DNA from: Octopus sinensis
Taxonomy: Eukaryota
Assembly (NCBI RefSeq): GCF_006345805.1
Contig: NC_042999.1
Location: forward strand, 19,034,001-19,098,000
Direction of reading: 5' to 3'
Length of the DNA: 64,000 nucleotides
Position 1 is the stretch's first letter; each line of letters starts with the position of its first letter. This document shows positions 38,941-52,940 of the stretch, piece by piece. The translations under genes and the position numbers were made by a program. The notes beneath the pieces were generated by a model that had not been told where the DNA came from, did no database searches, and was given only the letters and a program-made list of their open reading frames with translations.

Positions 38941-39663
38941 ATATATATATACGTATGTGTGTATGTAGGTACATATATGTGTGTGTGTGCGTAGTGGTGG
39001 TGGTGGTGGCGACGGCAGGGGGCAATTATGGAAAAAAATTATATTCTTTTGAGGCGCTGATTTTCGTCTTCACCGATTTTCATGAGGTTGCCTTGACTAC
39101 CAACCAAATTCTCAGATATTCTAAGTTACGTTGAAACTCCGCTCGGTGAAGTTCTTTTCAAACGCATCTGCTCTCGCAAATCTTATTTCATCTGCACCAT
39201 CTGCATCCCCCATCTTCCAATTTATCTCACTGCCTGACACTTTTATCTGGTTCTAATAATCATCGACTAATTCACTTAATCCATCCTAGTTTTCTGTGGA
39301 GATATCAACATTTCTTTTCCAAACATTGTCGTAGGATTAAAAGTTATTTGTACTTTAGTAACATCTGTGTCAGTAAGTGAAAGTAACTTTTAGAAGAACT
39401 TTATCCAAAAAACTATAATAATAGTTGTAATATTATATAGCTTCAAACTAAATACTTCTTCATTCGAAATTATGTTTAATATTTATATTAATTTTTTTCA
39501 TACGTGTGTTCAGACAATTATATTAAGCTAATAGGAGTGTATATCTTATTTTGTGTTCAAAACATCTCAAGTACATTTACTACACTCTGTAGACGTTTCA
39601 GTGACCTTAGCTAATTTTGTCGATTCTGGTTCATTAATATCATGCAATATATTTGTAGCTTAT

Positions 39664-40076
39664 AGCGACGAGTTGGCAGAATCGTTAGCACGCTGGGCGA
39701 AATGCTTATCGGTATTTCGTCTGCCGCTACGTTCTGAGTTTGAATTCCGCTGAGGTCGACTTTGCCTTTCATCCTTTCAGGGTCGATTAAATAACTACCA
39801 GTTGCGCTCTGGGGTCGATATAATCGATTTAATCTGTTTGTCTGTCCTTGTTTGTCCTCTCTGTGTTTAGCTCATTGTGGGTAATAAAGAAATAGGTATT
39901 TCGTCTGTCTCTACGTTTTGCGTTCAAATTCCGCCGAGGTCGACTTTGCCTTTCATCCTTTCGGGGTCGATTAAATAAAGTACCAATTTCGCACTGGGGT
40001 CGATATAATCGACTTAATCTATTTGTCTGTCCTTGTTTGTCCCCTCTATGTTTAGCCACTTGTGGATAGTAAAGAA
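39664..40076 (+). mobile_element. Tandem (dimeric) family C SINE
   Basis: Full copy followed by a 5'-truncated copy from GGTATTTCGTCTG; flanked by ATAT(T/C)TGTAGCTTAT direct repeats. Confidence 0.87.
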
Positions 40077-40917
40077 ATATATATCTGTAGCTTATGACAT
40101 TCTGTTCACTCTGTTATTTTGAAATGTATTATATTTTGACGTACTATATTGATATACTGTGTACTTGATAAATACTCAAAGCAGTGAATTGTCCAAAATT
40201 TTCTTTAAATCTACATCTCGGAGAAAGAAGCAGTATTAAACCCCAAAGGCAATTTTTGTATCCTACTCAATGAGGATATCTTTTTATTGCAGTATTCGCC
40301 TTGAGGATTACTTTCCTATAGATGCTTGGTTCATAAAATCAAGCATATTTATATTATTGACAGACGGCAACCATAAACTTGCTGACTATTTGCGGTATTA
40401 TACCTGAAAAATTACAGTAATTCTATACACCTTTGTCAGCAGTGTATTTTAGCTGGTTAGTAGTGAGAGGGAAGATGTCGCTGAATAGACACAATACGTG
40501 GAATCACTTTGTCTAGCAGTTCGGGTACCCAATGCGCCCAAAGCAGACATTTTTCGTCTACCAACGGTATAGATATGTGTGCTTTTATGCACCATGCGTC
40601 CATATGAGAGAAACTCTCAAGGCTAATACAGCGATATTTGGATTTTGGAATAAACATCCACGTTAAGTTAGATATAAAGACTACCATTTTTTTAAAGTAT
40701 TTTCAACAGAGAGATATTTGCTACGATAGAAAACATTGGGCTGCTAATGAAATTGTATGCCTTAAATGTTGTTGAATGCATATGACACCCTCTACTACTG
40801 TTCTATTGGATTTTAACTAAGGGAGCAACTCGACTTGTCATTATAGGCACTAGATGTCTCATCGAGAGCGGCTCATTTTATGTCACAAGTCTGTTGGCAC
40901 TGAGAATTCCCCAGCAA

Positions 40918-40990
<73 letters not shown>

Positions 40991-41015
40991 TATACATGTA
41001 TGTATACATGTGTGT

Positions 41016-41302
41016 GTGGAGGCACATGTCCTAGTGGTTAGAGCAGCGGAATCGCGGTTGAGGGATCGCGGGTTCGAACCTCAGACCGGGTGATGTGTTT
41101 ATGAGTAAAACACCTAAGCTCCGCGCGGCTCCGGCAGAAGGTAATGGCGAACTTCTGCTGAATCTTTCGCCACAAATTTCTCTCACTCTTTCCTCCTGCA
41201 TCTTGCAGCTCACCTGCGATGGCCCGACGTCCCGTTCAGGTGAAGAACCTATACGCCAAGGAAACCGGGAAACTGGCACTTATGAGCCAGGCGAGGCTGG
41301 AG
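41016..41302 (+). mobile_element. SINE family B (tail variant b, V-SINE-like motif)
   Basis: Family B-like head, then CCTGCGATGG..CGTCCCGTTCAGG and GGAAACCGGGAAAC tail. Confidence 0.75.
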
Positions 41303-41346
41303 ACGGAACAAACATACATGTGTATATATAAGGATGTATGTATATA

Positions 41347-41738
41347 TCTCTCTCTTTTACTTGTTTCAGTCATTTTACTGCGGCCATGCTGGAGCACCGC
41401 CTTTAATCGAGCAACTCGACCCCGGGACTTATTCTTTTGTAAGCCCAGTACTTGTTCTCTCGGTCTCTTTTGCCGAACCGCTAAGTGACAGCGACGTGAA
41501 CACACCAGCATCGGTTGTCAAGCAATGCTAGGGGGACAAACACAGACACACAAACATATATATATATACATATATACGACGGGCTTCTTTCAGTTTCCGT
41601 CTACCAAATCCACTCACAAGGCTTTGGTCGGCCCGAGGTTATAGCAGAAGACACTTGCCCAAGATGCCACGCAGTGGGACTGAACCCGGAACCATGTGGC
41701 TGGTTAGCAAGCTACTTACCACACAGCCACTCCTGCGT
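41347..41738 (-). mobile_element. SINE family A
   Basis: Full-length match. Confidence 0.9.
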
Positions 41739-42429
41739 CTATATATATACACACATACACATGTATGTTTTACTTAGATGGGACCAAAACAGAAGCAATC
41801 TCTGAAACGAACGCAGCAAGCTAGTACAAACAGATTGCGATGTTAAATTAGATTCTGCATCCAATTTGACAGAGGACTGCAATAAAAATTAGCCAGAGGT
41901 GAGATTATAAATGATAATTACAATATTTTATTACATTTCTCCATAGAGGCTGACCAAACGATTGAAACAAAGGGACCAGCTATGATTGTAGAGAACAAAC
42001 AAATCTGTGTAACGTCATCTATTTAATTTTTAACGCGTAATGATTTATATTTTTTAAATCCACTCCTTTTTGCACCGATCCATGTGTTCCAGCATTGTGT
42101 AGGTGTATTCATCAATGCTTCAAGAAATCCAGTGAAGTCTTTATTTTGTAAGTGTCATGAGACCAAAATACTTTTTAAATTATATCACATCCATCTAGAA
42201 ACTAGGAAAGTAGCGTGAGGCATTTAGCCAATATTGTATATTTCTTATCGCTCAAGGATCTGTAATTATACTGCAATGAATGTCTTAACACCAGCTTAAT
42301 TAATATTTTCTTTTTTAATGCGGATGGCGTGTCTGATTATTTAATCTCAATAATTCATTTTTAATACTATTTACACATACATTCATACATACACATACAT
42401 TTATATATGTGTGTGTTGTCGTGTTATGT

Positions 42430-42437
42430 ATATGTAT

Positions 42438-42505
<68 letters not shown>

Positions 42506-42520
42506 GTATATATATATGTA

Positions 42521-42553
<33 letters not shown>

Positions 42554-42577
42554 CTATATACATATATATAGAGAGAG

Positions 42578-42626
<49 letters not shown>
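42430..42626. repeat. (TA)n microsatellite
   Basis: Directly visible. Confidence 0.97.
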
Positions 42627-42628
<2 letters not shown>

Positions 42629-43166
42629 ATCACACAAGTGCACAATATAGGAAAACAAACTCCATAATACGCTTTGAGATATTTATAAGTAAGCATAGAT
42701 AAGCCAAGCATTACGAATACATTCTTATTGATTTGCATTCTACTCCATAAATCATTGCCAATTTTAATTCTATCTTTAAATCCTGATCAGATTTTGTTGG
42801 AATTTCTCTTGTTTACGAAACACAAGTGAGGCATTCAAGGTCAATGGAAATTATTATTGTCTTGAAAACAAATATTTTGTTTTTGTTGTTTTGTTTTTGT
42901 TTCCATCTCTATCCATTATTATACTCCAGCCTCGCCTATTGTTCAGTGAAAAATAGCATGTACATTGTGTAGCTTAAAACCGTAATCACTCTCTCAGTAA
43001 ACCAGCGAACGTAACTGAGGCTTTGTATATTACTGGTACTTCAAATCTTATCACCTGTATTCATTTAAGTTGTAACAGTAGATAACGTTGTTGTTGTTGT
43101 TGTTGTTATTCGAACCCTCGACAAACAGGTTTCTGGCAGGGACAAATTTCGTGATTTATTCTGGTA

Positions 43167-43590
43167 TTCTTTTACTCTTTTACTTGTTTCAGTCATTTGA
43201 GTGCGGTCAAACTGGAGCACCGCCTTTAGTCGAGCAAATCCACCCCAGAACTTATTCTCTGGAAGCCTATTACTTGTTCTATCGTTCACTTTTGCCGAAT
43301 TGCAAAGTTACGGGGACGTAAACACACCAGCACCGGTTGTTAAGCGATGTTGGGGGAGACAAACACAGACACACAAAAATACATACGCACACACACACAC
43401 ACACACACATACATATATATATATTTATATATACGACGGGTTTCTTTCAGTTTCCGTCTACTAAATCCACTCAAATGGCTTTGGTCACCCTGAGGCTATA
43501 GTAGAAGACACTTGCCCAAGTTGCCACGCAGTGGGAATGAACTCGGAACCATATAGTTGGTAAGCAAGCTACTTACCACGCAGTCACTTC
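43167..43590 (-). mobile_element. SINE family A (more diverged)
   Basis: Colinear with 790-1196. Confidence 0.87.
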
Positions 43591-44299
43591 GATGTTCCAA
43601 ACCATCCATTATGACTTTACTTTTTCTATGACAATGAGAAATGATTTGACAGAATTTGAAGTTATTAAATCTAAAACAATAGCCAATGGAAATAATTTCA
43701 AATAGAATCAATTTATAGAAGATTTTAGACAATATGCACAAACAAAACTGAGGTGAATCTGGTCTTTAAAGCCAACAAGAGTAATAAGTAAATATATTTC
43801 TGTCTTACATGTCAACTTCAGCAGAGCATTTTTTTTATCAGTTTGATAATCGCAGTTGCCTAAAGATTCGGGCATTCTTCCAGTGAAATTGTTTTCGCCA
43901 GACACTCTAATTTCTATTATCTATATTATGCCAGACTAGATACTCACAATTCATGCTGGAATAATTTATCTTGATATTTGTTTTCAAATCTAAACAACTG
44001 TACGGTGAATTTAAATTCCAAGTTTAAGTTTCTCAAATATTGAAAATTTCAAGTTGATCAAATATTTTCAAGCAATAATATTACATATGTGAGTTCTGAC
44101 ACTAATTACACAGATGTATTTAAAGTATCATTTAATGAGCATAAGTCTAACGTTTAATTAGTGCGCTTGTAGAACTTATGAATATACTTGTTGACTGCCC
44201 ATGATGGTTGTGGTTGGCAGTGATTCTTAGAAAAATGTTATTAGTGGCTGTTAGTGGAATGAAATAGTGAGATTGGTATAGAACTAAAATAAATACATA

Positions 44300-44523
44300 A
44301 ATGCGCCCTTTTAAAGTCTAGCCAGGCTCATGGGCCCGGTTTCCTTGGACGGGACGCAAGTCCATCGTAGCGTTACTCATTTTTTCCCAGCTGAGTGAAC
44401 TGGAGTGAATGTCAAATGAATTGTTTTGCTCAAGAACACAATGCGTCGCCTGGTCCAGGAATCGAAGCCAAAATCTTACGATCATGATGCTGACACCCTA
44501 ACCACTAAACCATGCGCCTCCAC
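44300..44523 (-). mobile_element. CORE-like SINE (family D) with tail b
   Basis: Minus strand: tRNA head, CORE-like TTGTGTTCTTGAGCAAAAC..CACTCAGCTGGGAAAAAATGAGTA, then GATGGAC..CGTCCCGTCC and GAAACCGGGCCCATGAGCCTGGCTAG; TSD GGTATAGAACTAA. Confidence 0.78.
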
Positions 44524-47349
44524 GGTATAGAACTAACAATAACAATATTAAACATCATGTTTATGAGGATATAGGTATCAGGGTATCCTTATACTCTAGA
44601 GACCGAGCGTTGGTTACTTCTTTGACTACACATCGAGGCTAGACGGTCTGAAATATTCTGCAATGTGCCCACTTTGGCTGATGGAGAAATGCAAATGAGA
44701 TGTCAGCCAAAAGGATCACCAAGATGTCGTAAATATTTCACCTATGTATAGTGCAATAAAGACCAAAATGGGGCTTGACATTTACGACGGCTGTTTTGGT
44801 AGTGCTTTATTGATGTAATTATAGGTTACATCATACCAGAGATCCACCATCATCAGGTAAAGTTTTAAATCCCATTTGTGTTTTCTTTATGCTTACGCTA
44901 CACCTTGACTCAACCTTGAGTTGCATATGCAATTTAAATTGGATTTACATATCTACAGGATCCTACCACCATATGATACCCACCGTACTGTGAGCCCTAG
45001 CAATTTCTGGCATCATACGGATTGATGCACCTAGATTCTTATGAATCTAATCAATTTAACATCATATAAACATACACACACACACACAATCACACCTACA
45101 CAACAGAATTAGAAACGAAATCACTGTATTTCGTTATTTCAATCGATGCATTTTTAGTAAATAAATTTACATAACACGGCAGAAATAAGAACTAATTTAA
45201 AGATATGCTAATATTTGTGCAAATCGAAGCCAAAGAAAATCTGGATGTTGGATAATCATCTTTAAGTTTTTAAGCTAATTATTATAATAACCAGTTATTA
45301 TGCAATAATTTCAAAATAATACTACAATTTCTGGAATGAAATTCTTTCCAAAATTATATAATTATTGGGGTAAGTTACTTCTATGTAAATGATAACAAAT
45401 GTGAATTAGTTATGAAATTAATAAAAATAATGCCATAGACTTTGTTTGGCGATTCTATGGACTAAGTCGGCAACAATCAACCAAGTCCTTCTATTCATTA
45501 GTGACCTTCCCAAACAGATGGAATCGTAGGGATGGCGTTTCGATATACGATGTATATTTAGGAATTTAAATCTAGCGGAAACAGCCTGTCATGTAGTTTC
45601 ATCCCTAATTTTTAACTTCCAAAGACAGTAAGAGTAAAAACAAATAATAAAATCTATCATGGGACTAATATGGCAAGTAATTTTCAACACTGATATGGAC
45701 CAAACTTCACACCAGCTGAATTTGAGTTCAAATAACAGAAAGGCAGAATAACACTGTAACGCATTTTATACGGCTCTCTCCAGACTATACCAACTGGACG
45801 CTCTGATTAGGCAACAGGAATGTTTGATAATGTGAGTTATCTTGTGGAATATGGAGTCTAAAGTTTCGGACATCTGAGAATTAGGAAATACAAAACTAGG
45901 TATTCGGGCTTGTTGAATAATAGAAATGATGTTATTGTTGTTGTTAAGTTAGGTGATGGTCTAAGGCTTAGGGGCGGGAGACCCCAGACCTTAGAAAACA
46001 ACAAACTTTGGTCGTCTTGTTGTAGTCGAGGGCTCATCGTTGACGCCCGACACCACTGGGAGGTGGCACTCGAAGTCGATGGAAATGGAGATCTCTAGGT
46101 CCAACTTCTTGAACGGCTAATAGAAATGATACAATCACGCGTTAACAAGAATACATCTCTTGCTCATGCAACAATATCTGTTTTTATCTCCTCTACCCAT
46201 GCTCTGAGGTCGGACAACGGCCGAAACGTTATATTCTATAATTCTCACCGCAACAGAACTTTCTGATATATCCTTTGAGATCTTAAAGTAGAGAATCTTA
46301 GTACAAAGTTTTCAGACAGAAAGATATTTAACATTAGGACAACTCAATGTATAGTCAGTATTATTTTTCTTTAGGATCAGCACAGCATTGATGGTGGACT
46401 GATGGATTGTTGCACTTAGTATAAATCGATTTATATTATGCTAGATGATGTGTATTTATTTTTAACTACACTAGGAGTGATTTCAGAGCCGTGGCTGCTA
46501 AATCTAGCGCGACAAGCAGCCACCTAGTATTTCCACATCAACGTCATATTCTTCGTATTTTATGATAGAGCAAGTGCCTTTGTTAACTGCTATTTTCTCA
46601 AGTCGTTAGTTTAAATTATGTTTGTCACAAATGGCCTTCATGAAGATATACATGATGTCGCTAAACAACACTTTACTCTATTAAAAAGTTCTACCGATTT
46701 CTTTATTCTTTATTTCATTTTAGCTATCGAGTCTAAGGTCATGTTTAGAAGCTCCTTCTTCACTGCCGTATATTCAAATAAAACAAAATCGATATATGAA
46801 GAAGCACAACATATCTGATGGTTAAATATTTACGAAACCAAATAATACTTCAAACAAATATTTCTTTATTCTTAAAGCCAAACGCTGCAGGCAATAAAAT
46901 CCAATCACGTTTTCCTTCAAATAATAAAGATTTACTGCACAATTGTTATGTTGCACGTCTCTTAATAAAGATGTGTTGCGTTGCCTACGACACCACTCTT
47001 ACACGGGTAACTTTCCTTGCAGAATAATTCGAACATATCTTTGCAAAATGTCTGAGACATATTACGTACAAGGGATGGTTACAATATAGATTGATGAAGA
47101 TTAAATGTAATTGATTAATGGCCATAAACAAAACTAATAACAATACTCATTACATTATATAAAATAGTAAACATACAGAGTAAGTTTCACATTTAGAGAA
47201 ATGTTGAATAGGTCGCCGAGATTGACTAGGTCGCTGAGTTTCCATAAGAAGCTATAAATTAACGGTAATACGAGTCCGTGACTCACCAGCTTAAGGTGTT
47301 TAATGTATACTGAATAAAAAAATCACCCATCGAGCATAAACGAATTTTT

Positions 47350-47745
47350 TTCTCTAGTTTCAGCTCAGAGCTGCGGCCATGCGGATGCACCGCCGTTTTG
47401 CTATACTGTTATTACTGAGGGCCTTCTCTAATATGTGGCACTTGGTGAAGAATGAATTTTGATGTAGCTACCCTCATTTGCACCTCTTGCCGTGAGGTAG
47501 GTTCATCTGGGAATCTCGACAGGAAGAGGTGTAGCTTTGATTTAAAAACACCTACATCTACTTTGTGCGGGTTCCTCAATCTATTTGGGAGAATATTAAA
47601 ACGCTGTGGGCCCCTGAAACCCAGGCTGTTGCAGTAACTGGTCCTGAAGCGCGATGGAGTTGCTGTGATCTTTGGCACTGTGCATGGTCGTCCTGTTCTG
47701 GCATTGGTGTAGCTTTCAATGCCAGAATTTAATTTGGCACAACTC
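47350..47745 (-). mobile_element. CR1-group LINE 3' end relic (ORF2 C-terminus and 3' UTR)
   Basis: ORF 47412-47798 contains NSLGFRGPQRFNILPNRLR..VFKSKLHLFLSRFPDEP, typical of CR1/L2-group C-termini; 3' UTR has a stem-loop tail. Confidence 0.75.
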
Positions 47746-48661
47746 CTTCCAGGATCTGCCAGATAATGTTTAGTATTTGTGGTTGCATCTGCCTTCACTT
47801 ACGCTGATGTATTTGAGATGGGTAAGTACGTCACGAATCTCCTTTGTAATTTTTCTTAAAACGTTTATGATAACCATAATAACCTCGCTGTATGCACTTG
47901 CTAACTAACAGATGGTTGAAGGTTTGTAAGTCCTACACTAACAAATCTTCGTTCCAATATTATTACATGCAGTTAGATATACAGTACATAAGCTCACACA
48001 ATTACTTTGACACTGAAGTGTAAGCATATCAAGAATGAACGTACCAGAATATATCTTCTCATCCTTCATGTCAAGTGCTATAAATGTTCATGTTTCAATC
48101 ACATATCTTTGTCTAGTAAATTGATGGAGGATATAATACTCACGTAGAATTATAATAGCTAATATGCATTGACGATTGTCCTTGTACATTGAGTATGGTT
48201 AATTTAGTTTTATAAAAGATAATGTGCAGTGAATGTATTTATGGCAGTTAAAACTTCACAATAGTATATAAGCATGTTCGTTGCTCTACTTATTTGGTCG
48301 ACAAAGTGTCTGTATGATAATACACGGATAATTCAAAAGGATATGTCATTTTGAATATTGGTCGTTGCATGCAAACTATAATCAGAAACAGTCAGCTTAG
48401 ATAACTGAGAAGCTTTGATTATAAGCCAGTTACTGGAGGTGTCTACACATAGAGCAAGAGTTAAAACTCGCACATATACATACTAAAGAACTATTTGTAA
48501 ATGCATAATATTACGTAGTTTTACCATAAGTCATTTCGAATTAAATAGACTTATGACTGAACGGGTTCCTCTGATGACGATCACCTATTTTTGTATATCT
48601 CATTCAGCATTATTCAAAGATGATAGATGTTTGATTTTCGTTTGAAGTTATTTTAGAACAG

Positions 48662-48899
48662 CCTTTACTCTTTACTTTACTCTTTTACTCTTTTTCTTGT
48701 TTCAGTCATGTGACTGTGGCCATGCTGGAGCACCGCCTTTAATCGAGCAAATCGACTCCAGGACTTATTCTTTGTAAGCCTAGAACTTATTATATCAATC
48801 ACTTTTGCCGAACCGCTAAGTTACGGGGACGTAAACACACCCGCATCGATTGTCAAGCGATGTTGGGGGAACAAACACAGACACACAAACATACACACA

Positions 48900-48998
<99 letters not shown>

Positions 48999-49086
48999 GA
49001 AATGAGGGTGTCTACAGTGTGGTAGAGCAACAGATAGTATCGCAGTACGCTGAATCTGAGATCAAGGTTCAATCTCTGCTCGAAGC

Positions 49087-49159
<73 letters not shown>

Positions 49160-49292
49160 CATATATACTTTCAGTTTCCGTCTACCAAATAAACTCACAA
49201 GGCTTTGGTCGGCCCGAGGCTATAGGGACTGAAGGGACTGAACCTGGTACCATGTGGTTCATAAGCAACCTACTAACCACACAGCCACTCCT
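48662..49292 (-). mobile_element. SINE family A with an expanded (TA)n holding a ~100 bp foreign insert (48994-49091)
   Basis: Tail at 48662, head at 49292, unrelated island inside the microsatellite. Confidence 0.87.
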
Positions 49293-49750
49293 GGTCTGTT
49301 TATAATATCTGCAAAGTGAAGTGCTCAGTCCATATTTTAAATATTTTTGTTTCACTAGCCTTTACGTAATAATCGATGTAACATACAGGTCATTCAGTTT
49401 AAAATCATCACCACTTTCCACGGATGAGATCATTTTCAGCCAAACATGCAGGCAATTTCCTAATTTACGTACATGCCATTCCCCGTTTTCTTAGATATTA
49501 TAGTCTGCAGCTGCTCATATAAAAGAGAGGAATGATTTAAACACAAATGGAGGAATTGCAACCGTGTTTCGTGGTCTGCTACCACAACAGCTCCTTTATA
49601 GGATCCAGTTTGCTCAAGGCAACATCAGGAGGAGCCACGTCCGGTTTCGGCCCCTACTCCTCTACTGTTTTGACGCGGCACCCCCCACCCTTCGGAGGTG
49701 TCTTCTTTCTTCTGGCCTATTCGATGTAGCGTCAACGAGTGTCAGCGAGC

Positions 49751-49860
49751 GACTGACTGACTTGTCAGATTTTTTTTCCTTTTAAATACCTGCTGCTAGG
49801 CTCCAGCACACAGCGCCAGCAAGTTATCACGTGACACTGTCTCAACTTTAACTGACCAAT
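49751..49860 (-). promoter_or_regulatory. Putative Pol II core promoter
   Basis: Minus-strand TATTTAAAA (49788-49780) lies 30 nt upstream of the A of Inr-like TCAGTC (49758); palindromic TCACGTGA at 49827-49834; CCAAT at 49856-49860; locally GC-rich. Confidence 0.5.
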
Positions 49861-50170
49861 GAAGGCGCGTAGTCTTAACAGTAGTGCTTCTTCTAATGAC
49901 ATGAGAACACAACGGGAATTGGCGAACTGGGTGAATCGTTAATGCTTTGGTAAAATGCTTAGCGGCATTTCTTCCAAATCTGTACGTTCTAAGTTCAAAT
50001 CCCGAGGACGGCTTTACCTTTCATCCCTTTAGGATCACTAATGTTCCCTCTTTCAGGGTAACATAATGTCGGTGACTAATATGCAATGAAAATCTAGTAA
50101 CCGGAATAATAAGTTCTAGGTCTCAAGGAAAAATAACCAAAAATAATGACACAACATACTCTTCAGGTAT

Positions 50171-50579
50171 CTCTTACTCTTTACTCTTTTACTTGTTTCA
50201 GTCATTTGACTGCGGCCATGCTGGAGCACCGCCTTTAGTTGAGCAACTCGACCCCGGTTCTTATTCTTTTTGTAAGCCCAGTACTTATTCTATCGGTCTC
50301 TTTTTGCCGAACCTCTAAGTGACGGGGACGTAAACACACCAGCATCGGTTGTCAAGCAATGCTAGGGGAACAAACACAGACACACAAACACACACACATA
50401 TATATATATATATATACATATATACGACAGGCTTCTTTCAGTTTCCGTCTACCAAATCCACTCACAAGGCATTGGTCGGCCCGGGGCTATAGCAGAAGAC
50501 ACTTGCCCAAGATGCCACGCAGTGGGACTGAACCCGGAACCATATGGTTGGTTAGCCAGCTACTTACTACACAGCCACT
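50171..50579 (-). mobile_element. SINE family A
   Basis: Near full-length match. Confidence 0.9.
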
Positions 50580-51692
50580 GGAAAATTTTCTGAGTTATTT
50601 GGTTGCTGAAATTATTAATGTTTGTTTTTCGACACTTAATTATTTACCCTAGTTTCAGGGGGTTTGTTACTACTCTTGTAATTGTTGCCGTTTTTTGTTA
50701 TATATTTTTGGTTCTAATTGTTTGGTTCCATCATAATCGAATAGACGAAACCTCGATGATCACACTCCCAAGTTTCCATATCACAGATTTTAACAGCCAC
50801 TCATTTTCTTACGAAAACCTGCCAAGGGATGTTTTCTGAGAGTGAATATTTAATATATTTTATTTGCATTTAATAAGATTACATAAACATTTCCTTCTTC
50901 CATAAAATGTCCTTGTATTCAATACAAAACTTCCAGAAGATATATCTATCCAGACTGCTTGTTAAAATATGCATCAGGGAATTAACCTTAATTCCGAAAC
51001 GACGAAGAGAAACGTACAATGTCCATTTGAGGTAAAGAGTACCAAATAATGGATTAAGTATTTTATCGTCCACTTTATTTTAGGAAATAAAATTTTCAGT
51101 TTCCTCACGTTGATAAAATAGAATATTGAAAATCATGTTCTTCTTCAAACATTACTTACTATATAAGTTGACCGCCAACTAAGGAATTATTCTCTGATTC
51201 TACATAGGTTTCTATATGCACGATTGTATGCTTCAATTGGCCAGAGTTTGAACTGAAAAGAAAATATAGTAAGTTCCAATTTTTTCCCAATATCGTACTG
51301 CATTTTCAGAGTGAATTACATTTCGAGTGACGAAACATTAAAAATACCTTCTACCTGTTAAAATACTGCTATTTAGACATATAACTAAAAGGCTTTATAA
51401 AATATTCAAACTTTAAAAACCTTTGCATATCAAATTGATAATCATGAATATTAAGTCATTCTAAAATATAATTCGTGCATTTCGTTTCAAAATAGCTTAC
51501 TGCACACATTTTGAAATAGCTGAGATATGCAAAAAATTTCTTTCATCATACAGACCTTGAGGTGGATTTAAATAGTTTTTTAATTTATTTTTTGAAAGTG
51601 TTTCGCATAATATGTACCGAAATAATTTAGCAATTTATGCAACTTTCCGAATTAATTTTAAAAGTTTAGTCCGGATACATCCAGGATCAAGA

Positions 51693-51948
51693 TCAGATAT
51701 TCTCAACCGGGGTCTAAATGTCCCTTGGGGCTCTATATAAAGTTTCGTCGTTAAAATCTATGTTCAATAAATTGGTTACTTTTCTATAATACATAAAATA
51801 TTTTAATAATTTCTTTTTATACAATTCCTAATAAATTCAATTATAATTATGCAATAGGATATATTTTAAAGAAAGAATGGCTGTGATGATTCCCTCGAGT
51901 AAAATAGGAATATGACGATCCGTAGATCTATAGGCTGAAGAACATTTG
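51693..51948. mobile_element. Possible old hAT-type MITE
   Basis: Ends CAGATATTCTCAACC.. and ..GGCTGAAGAACATTTG resemble degenerate CAGTGGTTCTCAACC TIRs. Confidence 0.35.
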
Positions 51949-52644
51949 AGAAGAACTGAACTAGATACAGGTAGAGTTAATTCAAGAATCATTACTCATG
52001 TCATGGAAATCTCGTCGATGATGTCATGCTCTCTTTCGCTGTATTTTTGTTTTCTCTCTCTTAATTCATGTCCTATATCTATTTTTATTTATGCGCCCTT
52101 TTCAAGCCTAGTCAGATTCATGGGCCCGGTTTCCCGGTTTCTATGGCGTATATATTTATAAATTTTATATATTTATTTTATCATAAATGCAAATCAGCGC
52201 CACGGAGGTATCGACGTAAGCTTAAATGATAAACCACGATAGATGAACCGCGATATGGAGAGGGATTATTGTACAGATATATATAAAAAGAGAGAGTGAG
52301 AGAGAGCGAGAGAGATATTTTATCATGAGGATTTCTATATATCAAGACACATCGACTCCTGGGAAGTCAGAACTCGATAGGTGCGATGAAACAAAACACA
52401 TCGTGAAGTAAACATTGAGTATGTCAAGTATTGGTAGTATACAGTAGATATGAAGGTACCAGACCGAATTTAAATCATATTCCCGATTTAGGGGTGGATC
52501 CATACAGTGACATATGTATAAAAAGTAAGCACAAATGGCATTTGAAATTTTCGAGAACTGTTTCGGTTTGATTTCATCTATTAATGTGGTCTTAAAAGAT
52601 TATATTATAATATACAATACATTATCACCAGGCAAAATTTTAAA

Positions 52645-52940
52645 GGTGGAGGTAAAATGGCCCAGTGGTTAAGGTAGCGTACTCGCGGTTTCGATACCCA
52701 GACTGGGCGTTGTGTGTGTTTATTGAGCGAAAGCACCTAAAGCTCCACGAGGCTCCGGCAGGAGGTTGTGGCGAACCCTGTTGTACTCTTTCACCCCAAC
52801 TTCCTCTCACTCTCTCTACCTGTTTCTTGAGTAAAAGCTGCGATGGACTGGCGTCTCGTCCAGCTTGTGAGGAGGACACATACGTCACAACAACCGGGAA
52901 ACCGGGCCCATGACCTTGGCTAGGCTTGAAAAGGGCACAT
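52645..52940 (+). mobile_element. SINE family B (tail b)
   Basis: Family B head, CTGCGATGGACTGGCGTCTCGTCCAG, tail GAAACCGGGCCCATGACCTTGGCTAGG. Confidence 0.82.

Noticed and set aside
46201-46232. Hammerhead-like TGA-GGTCG(GACAA)CGGCC-GAAACGTTA
   Set aside because: Stem II and GAAAC are present but there is no YUGANRA core or stem I; at best a decayed relic
48571-48600. CTGATGA hammerhead core
   Set aside because: Not followed by a stem II and GAAA
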